A stretch of 42,872 nt of DNA from Bdellovibrionota bacterium (GCA_050952645.1 JBMNLI010000006.1:1-42872); one strand, 5' to 3'; counted from the stretch's first letter, positions 9,452 through 19,665 are shown. Translations and numbers: made by a program. Notes: generated by a model from the sequence alone, not told the origin.

Positions 9452-11193
9452 AGCTTCTTGTTTTTAAACATAAAATATGCGATCTCTAGAAAAACTAAAA
9501 AAATTAAAAGTAAAAGTAGTTTGTCATAAATTTTTGAATCATTTAAAAAGCTTTCTTTTGATTTTTTGTTAATGATATTTAGTTTAAATTCATTATCTTT
9601 TAAAACATTCGACTCTCTTAAATCAAAAAAATTAAACGCCTCGTGTATATTGTTTATTTTAAAAAACCCTGTTGATTTTATAGAAATAGTTTCTTTAGTT
9701 TTGCTATCTTTGTAGCTATAAGGAAGAGTTTTAAATGTATCGTTTAGTATATTAGCATTTAAGTATTTTATAGAGTTTAGAAATAATATTTTTTCTTCTA
9801 AAGGTGCATTTTTAAAGGGAAGATAAGAAAAGCCACTTATAATATACTTTAAATTATTACTTTTAAGCGTTCCTAATACTAAAGATTTATTCGATTTTAA
9901 AATATTTTCTAAATAATAATCGTCTTTACTTTTTAAACTTACATACTCATCTTTATTTATATTTATTTGGTTTATATATGAAAGTAGGGGATGCCCTTTT
10001 AATGCACTAGTGATTGAAAGCTTGTCTTTTATCTTCTTATCAAAAAATAGAGACCCCTCTTTTAGGGACATTATTATTGCGCTGCTGTTTGGTAAATCTA
10101 AAACTTTAGAATTATCAAAAATTATTATATCATTTCGTTTTAAATTATTTATTTCATCTTTTGAAATACTGATAATATTAAACGGAAGCGTTTCTAAATC
10201 GCTTTTTAAAATAGGAGAGTCGCTCACTAAATATACATTGCTAGCATTTTTATTGTATATAAAAAATGCTTCATTGTCCTCTTTTATAATATCATTTCTA
10301 GCACTAATAGTAGCCTTACATAGGGCATATTTATTTTCATCAAAAGGAAAAGAAGTTAATTTTATATTTTCAGTAATGCTTTTTTGTGGCTGAATTAGTA
10401 GCTTTTTAGTGCTTAATTTTTTATTTTGACAACTTAAACTTAAACTAATCTTGCTAGGAGTGCTACAAAAAGATGATACCGTAGCAAAAGCCCTATCCTC
10501 TACAAGATTAAAGTTTGTAATAGCTATGTTGCAAGGAGAGATATTTTTATTAGATGAAAAAATCTCTATAATATTTTTAGGATTGTCATTTATATATTCG
10601 CTAATATTATTGCTAATATTATCACTAATATTTGTAGCGTATTTATCTGTAAAAATATATATTTTATCAAATTTTCCTATACTAAAATTGTAGTTTTCTA
10701 AATTATCTTTGGTAAAAGAACTCTCGGCTTTATTTATAATGTTTATCGCATCATTTTTATTTACAAAATTAGAGTTAATTATAGTATCAGAGGAGAGGAT
10801 TTTTATTTTAGCTTTTTTAGGGAAGCTTTCTACTAGAGATATAGCACTGTCTTTTATATCATCAAAATAAGTTTTATATTTAGAAATTTTTGCCTTAGTG
10901 CTGAATGAATTATCTAAAAAAACTAAGTAGTATTTTTGAGTATCTTTAATAGTAATATTTGCAAGTAGTAGGGTAAAGAGGAGAAGCAGAAAAAGTTCGT
11001 AAAAAAACCTAATGGGAAGTTTTGTTTTTTTACCATTTACCATTTTATCAAAAGTATTTTCTAATAAAAAAAAACTTGGAAAATAAATTTTTTTATTACT
11101 ATAAAATTTTATGTAAATATATACAAGTAGGCTGACTAGTATTGGAAATAAAAGTAGTGCGTATGGTGTTTTAAGCGTAAGTTCTAACGGCAT
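9448..11193 (-). CDS. BatA-like N-terminal / VWA domain membrane protein
   Basis: BatA-like N-terminus (P.ALLLFP..IYFPSFFLL), FLDNSFST, IFTD, C-terminal TM; overlaps both neighbours. Confidence 0.75.
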   Translation of the reverse strand: MPLELTLKTPYALLLFPILVSLLVYIYIKFYSNKKIYFPSFFLLENTFDKMVNGKKTKLPIRFFYELFLLLLFTLLLANITIKDTQKYYLVFLDNSFSTKAKISKYKTYFDDIKDSAISLVESFPKKAKIKILSSDTIINSNFVNKNDAINIINKAESSFTKDNLENYNFSIGKFDKIYIFTDKYATNISDNISNNISEYINDNPKNIIEIFSSNKNISPCNIAITNFNLVEDRAFATVSSFCSTPSKISLSLSCQNKKLSTKKLLIQPQKSITENIKLTSFPFDENKYALCKATISARNDIIKEDNEAFFIYNKNASNVYLVSDSPILKSDLETLPFNIISISKDEINNLKRNDIIIFDNSKVLDLPNSSAIIMSLKEGSLFFDKKIKDKLSITSALKGHPLLSYINQININKDEYVSLKSKDDYYLENILKSNKSLVLGTLKSNNLKYIISGFSYLPFKNAPLEEKILFLNSIKYLNANILNDTFKTLPYSYKDSKTKETISIKSTGFFKINNIHEAFNFFDLRESNVLKDNEFKLNIINKKSKESFLNDSKIYDKLLLLLIFLVFLEIAYFMFKNKKL

Positions 11194-12050
11194 AGCCCTT
11201 TTTCATTTAAAAAAGTTATAATATCATCGCCTATATTTAATGTGTAAAACATTACATCGTGTATTTTAGCATAAGTTTTTATTTTCTCGATATGATTATT
11301 ATAATTTTTGAAATAATCTTGTAAAATATTATTATCGAAACTTATCATTTTTTCTTCTTTAGTTTCACTGTCTATAAATCTTGCGTTTTTGCCATTAAAG
11401 TAGTCTTTAAAGTTAGGGTCAGTAATTTTGATTAAGTGAGTTTCAAAGTTTTTGCTTATTATTTTATCTAGTCCTAATTTTATATTTTCAAAAGGCGTTA
11501 AAAAATCGGAGATACACACTGCGATCCCTGGGAATTTTAAAGTGCTAAGATAAAGGGAGAGGTTATCGTTAAAAAAATCATCGCTTGTAGGAGTGATATC
11601 AGATAATTTTTCTAGTATTAAATTAAATTGTTTTTTATTAGAAAGTTTATTTAGAAAAAAATTATTCGATGCTGCGATAGTCAAGTTTTCATTATTGATA
11701 AGTGATATATAACTAAGAGAAGAGGCTAGTTTTAGTGCAGTTTCTAATTTTGAGTTTTCTTTAGGCGTGTCCATAGAAGCGCTTACATCTAAGTATATAA
11801 AAAAATTTATGTTTTGGTATTCTTTAAACTCTTTAAGGTAAAGTTTTTCAGTTTTAGCGTAAACATTCCAATCTATATTTTTAGGATTGTCTCCTAAGGA
11901 ATAAATGCGAAAATCTGAAAATTCTATTCCGCTACCTTTTTTTAAAGATGAGTGAGGGCCTTGATTTTTACCTAATGATTTTTTCTTAACTTTGAAATGT
12001 AGTTTTTCTAAACTTTTTAAAATGTTATCGTCTATAAGCTTTCGCTTCAT
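11184..12050 (-). CDS. DUF58 family protein
   Basis: GPHSSLKKGSGIEFSDFRIYSLGDNPKNIDWNVYAK..YLDVSASM..ISDF signature. Confidence 0.92.
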   Translation of the reverse strand: MKRKLIDDNILKSLEKLHFKVKKKSLGKNQGPHSSLKKGSGIEFSDFRIYSLGDNPKNIDWNVYAKTEKLYLKEFKEYQNINFFIYLDVSASMDTPKENSKLETALKLASSLSYISLINNENLTIAASNNFFLNKLSNKKQFNLILEKLSDITPTSDDFFNDNLSLYLSTLKFPGIAVCISDFLTPFENIKLGLDKIISKNFETHLIKITDPNFKDYFNGKNARFIDSETKEEKMISFDNNILQDYFKNYNNHIEKIKTYAKIHDVMFYTLNIGDDIITFLNEKGLCR

Positions 12051-12057
12051 AAGTTTT

Positions 12058-12591
12058 TTATTGTAATAATTTAACTCTTACTTGTCCTTTTGCTGTGCTT
12101 CTTTCTTCATCTATAAATATAGTGATTTCATCGGCAGAAAGCAGGCTTTTGTCTTTTTCTAATTCAGGATTTTTTGTAAGAACTATAATCTTTTTTACTG
12201 CATCATAGATTGCTTCTTCGCTCCTAGCACGCATATTGCCTTGAGATATGTCGACTTTTCCAACGGCTACTAATTTTTCTATTTTATTATCTTTAGAATA
12301 ATACCCCGTAACTTTATCTGATGTTAAAACCATATTTTTATGTTTTACATCGACGTTGCCAGTGTAAATAAAAATTCTTTCTTTTGCATTTAGCGTTAAA
12401 TTATCCGATGTGATATAAGTCGCATCTTTCTTAAAATCAAGCTTTTCAAATTTTGGCATGGAGGTTTCAAAAGTGTCCTTTTTTTCTGCAAAAGAGTTAG
12501 TAGCAGTAAATAATATTATGCAAATAAGTGTGCAAATAAATGCACTGGTAAATGCACTGGTAAATAATGTAAGTTGTGGTTTAGTTTTCAC
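12058..12591 (-). CDS. lptA: LPS transport periplasmic protein LptA (OstA family)
   Basis: Signal peptide; ITSDNL..YTGNVDV..LTSDKV..AVGKVDISQG..AIYD..LTKNPEL..RVKL beta-jellyroll pattern; lies downstream of an lptC-like gene. Confidence 0.85.
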   Translation of the reverse strand: MKTKPQLTLFTSAFTSAFICTLICIILFTATNSFAEKKDTFETSMPKFEKLDFKKDATYITSDNLTLNAKERIFIYTGNVDVKHKNMVLTSDKVTGYYSKDNKIEKLVAVGKVDISQGNMRARSEEAIYDAVKKIIVLTKNPELEKDKSLLSADEITIFIDEERSTAKGQVRVKLLQ

Positions 12592-12623
12592 TTTTTTATT
12601 TCCTTTTTTATTTTATTTTTTTA

Positions 12624-13236
12624 TTATCTTCTATCCTTAATAACGCTTACAACATTATTACTAATAGTGACTACTCGATCTTGAATTTTTATATTCATTG
12701 AATCACCCGTAATAGTAGCAAAGTTAGTATCTATTTTAACGGGAGTTTTAGTCGAAACCGTATCTTTTTCTTTATCATAATGAGCAGTTTCAGTTCTTAG
12801 TAATAATTCATTGTTGACATTTAGTTCTATATTTTTTTTTAAGTGTTGCGTCGCTTAACTCGTTTCCCTTTAAAAATTTATTTTTGCATAATCTGATTTT
12901 AATTTAATTAGTCTATCTTTTGAAAATAAAGAAAGCTCAGTTCCTTTTAACGTGGCTTTTTTAGTGATGGGATCTATTTTTTTCCTTTTTTAGCCATAAC
13001 TTCCCATTCTTTTTTTTTCCATTTTTTCCATCGAACTTCTTTCAAAGTTGTTTAAAAATAATCTCAGCATCTTTCGGATATGGAAAGCGTGCTTAAGTTA
13101 TCATCTTGCAAAGCTAGTGTTTGGCGATAGATTGTTTTTTTTTCTCATTAAGTTTTATCGAAATAATACTTAAAACGAAAAAGACTACTAAAATTAAAAT
13201 TGTTAATCGTATACTTTGTTTTCTAGATAATCTCAT
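12624..13236 (-). pseudogene. lptC: LptC-like gene with several apparent frameshifts (possibly sequencing errors)
   Basis: MRLSRKQ + single TM, then segments EWEVMAKKG, LKSDYAKI and LRTETAHYDKEKDTVSTKTPVKI..ITGDSMNI..ISNNVVSVI in different frames; the breaks are mostly at homopolymer runs. Confidence 0.75.
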
Positions 13237-13269
13237 AATTTAAAAACTTTTTATAAGCATTTTTAAGAG

Positions 13270-13564
13270 TTTAGTTTCATATTTAAAAAATAAGTGAAAA
13301 AACCATTTTTTTAAAGAAACGTTCTTCCTTGGGGTAATCAATCCCACCTTTGTAAAGAGAGCTGCATCTTATGATGCGACTTAAAAAACAGAATATGTCC
13401 TTTAAAAATTCCGTTATTCTCAATACTATCTAAATAATAGTTTGAACAGGGGGTGGGTAAAAACCTACAATTTCTCACCTAGTAAAGGAGAGAGTAGTTT
13501 TTTGTAAATAACGACTAAGAATTTTATAAAGTTACTATATAAGCTTTTTTATTAAATTTCTCAT
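13270..13564 (-). pseudogene. yidD: Membrane protein insertion efficiency factor YidD with multiple indels (3' end approximate)
   Basis: Fragments IYKKLLSPLLG, NCRF(YP), CSNYY and RIIRCSSLYKGGIDYP can be recovered across frames; canonical position after rnpA. Confidence 0.8.
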
Positions 13565-13591
13565 TTTAAATTCTTTATTGTTTCTCTATTG

Positions 13592-14023
13592 CTAATCCTT
13601 TGTTTTCTTTTTATTAGAGCTAGTGTTATCTACGTTAATATTATCTGTGCTAATATTATCTGCACTAAACATTATTAGTAATAATCTTGTTATGAAAAAA
13701 GAAATCCTAATAGCTTCTTTATGAATATCGTGAAAACTCATATTTATAGCATTCTTCTTTGCTATAATAACAATTTCGTAAGGAGAGTTAAACCTTTTTT
13801 TTGTAAGTCTAAAAAACTCTTTGATTCTTCGCCTTAATTTATTTCTATACACGGCTCGTTTGTCTACTTTTTTTGAAACGGTTATTCCTATTTTAGAGTG
13901 TTTATCTTTAGATTTGCGAGTGAAAATCAAAAAGTGTTTAGTAAATAGCTTCTCGCTAGTTTCTTGAATCTCTAAAAAGACTTTTCTTTTTTTTATTCTG
14001 TTTTTGAAACAAAGTTTATTCAC
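13592..14023 (-). CDS. rnpA: Ribonuclease P protein component
   Basis: RIKKRKVF, KIGITVSKKVDKRAVYRNKLRRRIKE (RNR-like motif), IVIIAK; GTG start; low-complexity C-terminal tail. Confidence 0.95.
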   Translation of the reverse strand: MNKLCFKNRIKKRKVFLEIQETSEKLFTKHFLIFTRKSKDKHSKIGITVSKKVDKRAVYRNKLRRRIKEFFRLTKKRFNSPYEIVIIAKKNAINMSFHDIHKEAIRISFFITRLLLIMFSADNISTDNINVDNTSSNKKKTKD

Positions 14024-14110
14024 GTTTAAAATATTTTTTTAGTTAGTTATATAAAACTCGGAGTGAAAGTTTAAGGGGCAAAAGAAATCGTTGTGAAAAT
14101 CTTCTACTTA

Positions 14111-14142
14111 TAATATCGATATAATATCGATATAATATCGAT
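14111..14142. repeat. 11-bp tandem repeat TAATATCGATA, about 3 copies
   Basis: Directly visible in the rpmH-rnpA spacer. Confidence 0.85.
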
Positions 14143-14350
14143 TATCTTTATTCTCGTTGTAATGTAGCAAATCAAATAATATAAATAAATTAAATGCTAT
14201 AAATAAACACTATAAAGTAATATTATAAAGTAATATTAAAAGTAAAAGACAAAAGGCACGAAGCGAAAGGAAGGTTTTTTATAAGCTAAAATATAAGCTA
14301 AAATAAATACAAGCTAAAGTTTAAGCCTAAACTATAAGTTGTTTATCCCC

Positions 14351-14515
14351 CTAGTTTTTATAATGCCCTTTTCTAAAGCTAACTACTGCAAGTTTCTTTC
14401 TTCCTTTTGCACGCCTAGCATTTATAACTTTACGCCCTCCCTTTGTAGACATTCTTTCACGAAATCCATGTGTTGAGTGTTTTGATTTTCTACTTGGTTG
14501 ATAAGTTCTTTTCAT
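14351..14515 (-). CDS. rpmH: 50S ribosomal protein L34 (54 aa; not in the ORF track)
   Basis: [54 protein letters not shown]. Confidence 0.97.
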   Translation of the reverse strand: MKRTYQPSRKSKHSTHGFRERMSTKGGRKVINARRAKGRKKLAVVSFRKGHYKN

Positions 14516-14767
14516 TTTCTAAAATCTCTAAAATAAACTGTCTAAAATATATAAATTTAAATATTATTCTAATAATATATAAAAACTGATATTAAATTAC
14601 AAATCTGTAAACGCATCTATAAACGCTTGAAAATACATTTATATATTATTTACGCATTTAAATCAAGGTGTTTCAAAGGAATTTATTTTTATTTTATTAA
14701 CTATAAAATCTTATTGAAAGCTTTTATTTAAAAAACTATACTTAAAGAGGGTGGTTAACTTTTCTAA

Positions 14768-15493
14768 ATGGAGATTAAAGATTATATGATAAATAAGTAT
14801 ATAAATATTTTTATTTTAGCTTTTTTTAGCATAATTCTCGCTTCAAGTAGTGCTTTAGGAGAGCAAATTTCTAAAAGATGTCCCTTTAGTTGTCTAACTG
14901 AAAATATCCCTAGGCAATATTGTAGCGATTGGAAACGAGGAGATACTTGTTTTATCAATCTTAAAGGAAGTATAGTTAAAACAAGATGTCCCTTTACTTG
15001 TAAAACTGAAGGGATAAATAAAAAATTTTGTAGAGATTGGAGACGGGGAAATACTTGTTTCGTTCACGATTTAAGAGTAAATACTCCATATCGCTCAAAT
15101 ATTCATTTAGGAGATTACGAAGAAGGCTTTTCAAATCGTCCGCCTAGGGAGCAATATGGGCGCCCTTACGATAGACCTTATAATAGGCCTTATAATAGAC
15201 CGCATGGATATTACGATGATAATTATAATAGAGATAATTATAGACGCCCCTACGAAAGACCTCACTACCGAGCACCATATAAACACCCCGTAAAACCTCC
15301 TAGAGATCTTTATAGGGAGCCTTTTAGACGCCCTAAAGAGCCTGCGCCCTCTAGACCTTTGCCACCAGAGCGTAAGGAACGCCGAAATATTACTAAGAGA
15401 CCATGCCCATATAGTTGCAGAACTGAAGGGATACCTAAAAGCAAATGTAGAGATTGGAAAGAAGATGGGTTGTGCGTAATAGAAAGACTTTAG
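14768..15493 (+). CDS. Secreted protein with three 4-Cys repeats and a Pro/Arg/Tyr-rich linker
   Basis: Signal peptide ending SALG; repeats CPFSC..CSDWKRGDTCF, CPFTC..CRDWRRGNTCF, CPYSC..CRDWKEDGLCV. Confidence 0.85.
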   Translation: MEIKDYMINKYINIFILAFFSIILASSSALGEQISKRCPFSCLTENIPRQYCSDWKRGDTCFINLKGSIVKTRCPFTCKTEGINKKFCRDWRRGNTCFVHDLRVNTPYRSNIHLGDYEEGFSNRPPREQYGRPYDRPYNRPYNRPHGYYDDNYNRDNYRRPYERPHYRAPYKHPVKPPRDLYREPFRRPKEPAPSRPLPPERKERRNITKRPCPYSCRTEGIPKSKCRDWKEDGLCVIERL

Positions 15494-15652
15494 AAAATAA
15501 ATAATATATTAACATTAACATTCTAATAAGAGAACTTAAACTCACCTTAAAATATGCATATTAAGAAGCTTTAAATTTTAATGTGTGAATTTTAATGCTA
15601 AATAGATGTTAAATCGATATTAAACTAATATATTAATGATAAATATATATTA

Positions 15653-18600
15653 ATGATAAATAATGATAAAAATAATAAAAACTTAATTTGCTACTACGGA
15701 CTTCAAGGAAGTGCTAGTCCATATATAGCTAGTAAATTACTAGAAGATATCGATAATGCGACTATTATATGCAAAGATAAAAATGAAGCTGAAAAGTTTT
15801 TTATAGATTTAAAATTTTTTAGCGATAGAGGAGATATATATTTATTTCCTGAGTGGGACACTCTCCACTTTGAACAAGTCTCTCCTCAAAAATATATTTC
15901 AGCAAGTAGGATTAGCATTCTCAATGATATAAAAACTCTTAAAAGCCACGTAGTAATCACTACACCTCGCGCAATTATGCAAAAGATAGTTAGCTTTGAA
16001 AAGATAAAGCAAAACACTTTTTGTGTTAAAGTAGGAAGTGTTTATAATAGACAAGCCATAATACATAAACTCGTAAAAAATGGATTTAATAAAGTTTCAT
16101 TAGTAGAAAATAATGCAGAGTTTTCGGTTAGAGGAAATGTGATAGACCTTTTTCCTGCTAATATAAATTATGGCGTTAGGCTACTATTTTTAGAGGATAC
16201 TTTAGAAAAAATAAAAATTTTTGCACCTGAAACGCAACTTACTATCAATCAAGTAAAAGAGTTTGAAATACTTCCAACGAGAGAATTTTTTTTTCCAGAT
16301 GAAGATAAAAAAGATAAAGCGAAAGAAAGAATTTTTAAAAGAGCTCACGAATTAAATATTCCGATAAATGATATTAGATATTTTGAGCAAGTGCTAGGTG
16401 ATAGAATTTCAGTCCCTGGGCTTGAAATGCTTCAAGCATTATATGAACCGCTAGACGATTATTTTTCTTATATAGAAAACGATGAGAATTTTTTTATAAA
16501 AGATAGTATCGATTTTGAAAATAACTTAAATGCATTAGAGAAAATCATAAGTGAAAGAGAGGAAAGACTCTTAGAAGAAAAAAATCTTATTCCTAGAAAA
16601 AAAGATTTATACCTTTCTAGTAAAGAGATAGCATTAAATTTAAAAAATTATAAAAATACGTATCTCGAAAGTTTGTTTGTCGACACTAATAACAATGTTA
16701 AATCTTATAATTTAAAAATATATAAAAATACTGAATTAAAAATAAGAATTAGAAAATCTTTAGAATTAGGCACATACAAAGGGCTAGTCGACTATATAAA
16801 TAAGCTAAGAAACGGAGGGGCTTCGATTTGTTTCGTAATTCAATCTGATACTCGTATAAGAAGATTACAAAAAATTTTATTAGACTTTGATATCGAAGCA
16901 AAACTATGCGATATTTCGCCTCATAAATGGATAAAATTAAAAAATAAGTTTGGTTTAGCAATTATAAAATCCTCCTTAACTGAGGGCTTTCATTCAGTAG
17001 AAGAAAAAGTAGTCTTCGTTTCTGAAAGTGAGATATTCGGGGATAAAACTTTTAGCTCTCAGACTAGAAAAACTATTAGTGCTAAAAAGTTGATGAGTTC
17101 ACTTTCAGCGCTTAAAGAAGATGATTATATAGTGCATGAAGATTATGGCGTAGGAATTTATAGAGGCTTAAAACATATAAAGATAGAAGAAGAAGAAGCG
17201 GATTTTATAGAAATAGATTATCTTGATTCTAAGCTTTTTTTGCCAGTTACTAGTATTAAAAAGATTGAAAAGTTTGTAGCAGGGGAAGGACAAGAGCCAA
17301 CTTTAGATAAGTTAAGTTCTCGTAAATGGCTTCAAACTAAATCAAAGATTAGATCGGCAGTCTTTGAACTTGCTGGGGATTTAATAAGACTTTACAAAGA
17401 TAGAGAAATAGCTAGAGGGTGGTCTTTTAGTAAATATAATTTAGAAGATGATACGTTTGCAGATGGTTTTGGTTATAAAGAAACTAAGGATCAATTAGAT
17501 GCAATTAATGATTCGCTAAAAGATATGGCATCTTTAAAGCCGATGGATAGACTTATTTGTGGAGATGTGGGTTTTGGGAAAACGGAAGTTGCACTAAGGT
17601 GCGCTTTTAAATGTATCCAAGATAAAAAACAGGTGGCAGTGCTAGTGCCTACAACGATTTTAGTTGAGCAACATTTCTCTACTTTTCTAAAACGTTTTGC
17701 TAATTATCCCGTAAAAGTAGGTGCTATAAGTAGGTTTTATTCAGCAAGAGAAAACAAGGCAACGTTAGAAAAACTTTCCACAGGTAAGCTAGATATCATT
17801 ATAGGAACGCATAGCCTTTTACAAAAAGATGTTGCCTTTAAAGACCTAGGGCTTCTCGTTATAGATGAGGAACATAGGTTTGGAGTTAAGCAGAAAGAAA
17901 AAATTAAACAGATGAAAAGAAATGTAGATGTTTTAACTTTAACGGCAACGCCAATTCCTAGAACTTTAAATATGGCGATGCTAAACATTAGAGATATTAG
18001 CTTAATTAGCACTCCTCCTTGTAATAGGCAAGTTATAAGAACGTATATTAGCACATTTAAAGAAAGCACTATTCGTGATGCGATCTTAAGAGAGATTGAA
18101 AGGGGAGGGCAAGTTTTTTTTATTCATAACAAAATTCAATCGATAGAGGCTATAACAGATAGACTTAAGCTTTTAGTCCCTGAGGCTAGATTTGAGTTTG
18201 CTCACGGGCAGATGTTAGAGAAAAATTTAGAAGATATTACAAAGAGATTTTTCGACCATGAGTTTGATGTATTAGTAAGCACTACCATAGTAGAAAATGG
18301 TGTCGATTTGCCAAATGCTAACACGATAATCATAGATAGGGCAGACACTTTCGGGCTTTCGCAGCTTTACCAATTAAGAGGACGTGTAGGAAGAAGCGAT
18401 AGGCAAGCTTACGCTTATTTTATAATTCCAGAAATTAAGAAAATGACAGCTACTGCAAAAGAAAGATTAAACGTTATTCAATCTTTAGATGATTTAGGAG
18501 TCGGGTTTAATTTAGCGGTAAGAGATTTAGAAATAAGAGGGGCAGGTAATTTGCTCGGCAAGGAACAATCTGGAAATGTCGTAAAAGTAGGGTTTGAGTT

Positions 18601-19117
18601 ATACACAAAAATTTTACAAGAGGTCGTTTCTGAAATATCTGGTGATGAGTTAAGCGTAGAGGACATAGTAGAACCAGAAATAAAAACGCCTTTTCCTGCT
18701 TTTATTAGCGAATATTATCTTCCAGATGTTGCACAAAGGCTTATACTCTATCAGCGCATTGCTACTATAAAAACTAGAGAAGAATTAGAAAGTATGTATA
18801 GCGAGATTGAAGATAGGTTTGGTCCAGTGCCAGAAGAGACTGTAAATCTACTAAAAACTATGGAGTTTAGAAGTAAATTAAAAAGGTTAGGAGTCGTTAG
18901 CATAAATATAAAAAATGAAACGCTAGTTTTAAGTTTTTCTCCAAAGGCGAATATCGATATAGAAAATATAGTCCATCTAGTTCAAAGTGATTCTAAAAAA
19001 TATAGATTTTCTCAAAGCCAAAATTTAAGTATTACTCACGGATTAAGTATAGAGAAAAACTCTATCGATGATTTTTTTAACGCTACTAATAAGGTGCTTT
19101 TAAGGATTTTAAGGTGA
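15653..19117 (+). CDS. mfd: Transcription-repair coupling factor
   Basis: UvrB-like N-terminus (FSVRGNVIDLF), CarD/RID (VHEDYGVGIY), CGDVGFGKT, DEEH, TATPIPRT, QLRGRVGRS, TRG motif RDLEIRGAGNLLG, C-terminal TRCF domain. Confidence 0.98.
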   Translation: MINNDKNNKNLICYYGLQGSASPYIASKLLEDIDNATIICKDKNEAEKFFIDLKFFSDRGDIYLFPEWDTLHFEQVSPQKYISASRISILNDIKTLKSHVVITTPRAIMQKIVSFEKIKQNTFCVKVGSVYNRQAIIHKLVKNGFNKVSLVENNAEFSVRGNVIDLFPANINYGVRLLFLEDTLEKIKIFAPETQLTINQVKEFEILPTREFFFPDEDKKDKAKERIFKRAHELNIPINDIRYFEQVLGDRISVPGLEMLQALYEPLDDYFSYIENDENFFIKDSIDFENNLNALEKIISEREERLLEEKNLIPRKKDLYLSSKEIALNLKNYKNTYLESLFVDTNNNVKSYNLKIYKNTELKIRIRKSLELGTYKGLVDYINKLRNGGASICFVIQSDTRIRRLQKILLDFDIEAKLCDISPHKWIKLKNKFGLAIIKSSLTEGFHSVEEKVVFVSESEIFGDKTFSSQTRKTISAKKLMSSLSALKEDDYIVHEDYGVGIYRGLKHIKIEEEEADFIEIDYLDSKLFLPVTSIKKIEKFVAGEGQEPTLDKLSSRKWLQTKSKIRSAVFELAGDLIRLYKDREIARGWSFSKYNLEDDTFADGFGYKETKDQLDAINDSLKDMASLKPMDRLICGDVGFGKTEVALRCAFKCIQDKKQVAVLVPTTILVEQHFSTFLKRFANYPVKVGAISRFYSARENKATLEKLSTGKLDIIIGTHSLLQKDVAFKDLGLLVIDEEHRFGVKQKEKIKQMKRNVDVLTLTATPIPRTLNMAMLNIRDISLISTPPCNRQVIRTYISTFKESTIRDAILREIERGGQVFFIHNKIQSIEAITDRLKLLVPEARFEFAHGQMLEKNLEDITKRFFDHEFDVLVSTTIVENGVDLPNANTIIIDRADTFGLSQLYQLRGRVGRSDRQAYAYFIIPEIKKMTATAKERLNVIQSLDDLGVGFNLAVRDLEIRGAGNLLGKEQSGNVVKVGFELYTKILQEVVSEISGDELSVEDIVEPEIKTPFPAFISEYYLPDVAQRLILYQRIATIKTREELESMYSEIEDRFGPVPEETVNLLKTMEFRSKLKRLGVVSINIKNETLVLSFSPKANIDIENIVHLVQSDSKKYRFSQSQNLSITHGLSIEKNSIDDFFNATNKVLLRILR

Positions 19118-19263
19118 GTTTTAATTTGAGTATTTTTTAGAAAATATTTTTTTAAAAGATATTTAATTTAAAAACAAAAAGGGGTAAATTTAAAAAAATA
19201 CTCTTACCCCCTTAATCGTTAAGTTTGCTAAACTTATATTGTATTAAAATATTATATTAAAAC

Positions 19264-19282
19264 GCTCCATATAAAATGGAGC
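19264..19282 (-). terminator. Likely intrinsic terminator of the small lipoprotein gene (may act in both directions)
   Basis: GCTCCAT-ATAAA-ATGGAGC perfect 7-bp hairpin between convergent genes, with T-rich tails on both strands. Confidence 0.65.
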
Positions 19283-19298
19283 TTAATTTTTTATTTTT

Positions 19299-19487
19299 TT
19301 ATTCTGCTTGAGCTTCCTCAGTTTCAGGTTGAGCTTCTGCAGTTTCAGTAGTTTCTTCTACTTGCTCAGTAGCTACTGGTGCTTCTTCTGTAGTAGCAGG
19401 AGTAGTTTCAGTAGTTTTGTTGCAAGAAAGAGCAAGAATTAAAAGTAAAATTACAATAATAGTTATTATAGCAGTAGACTTTTTCAT
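19299..19487 (-). CDS. Small acidic Thr/Glu/Ala-rich lipoprotein
   Basis: MKK + hydrophobic stretch + lipobox-like LALSC, disordered tail; SD-like AAGGAAAG upstream. Confidence 0.8.
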   Translation of the reverse strand: MKKSTAIITIIVILLLILALSCNKTTETTPATTEEAPVATEQVEETTETAEAQPETEEAQAE

Positions 19488-19595
19488 ATTTTCTTTCCTT
19501 CTTTTATATTAAGTCTTTTTAGCAGGCATAGTTAAATAATAAATAAAATATAAATAAAAATGCATGCCTTAAAATTTCTATGAATTATGTTCATG

Positions 19596-19665
19596 TATTA
19601 CATTTATATATTATAAACATTTATATATTATAAATATGTATATGTTATAAATATGTATTATAAAC
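19596..19665. repeat. Degenerate ~16-bp AT-rich tandem repeats (ACATTTATATATTATAA-like)
   Basis: About four reiterations visible in the divergent lipoprotein/proS spacer. Confidence 0.6.

Noticed and set aside
14516..14767. oriC next to rpmH
   Set aside because: No DnaA-box cluster and no dnaA gene.
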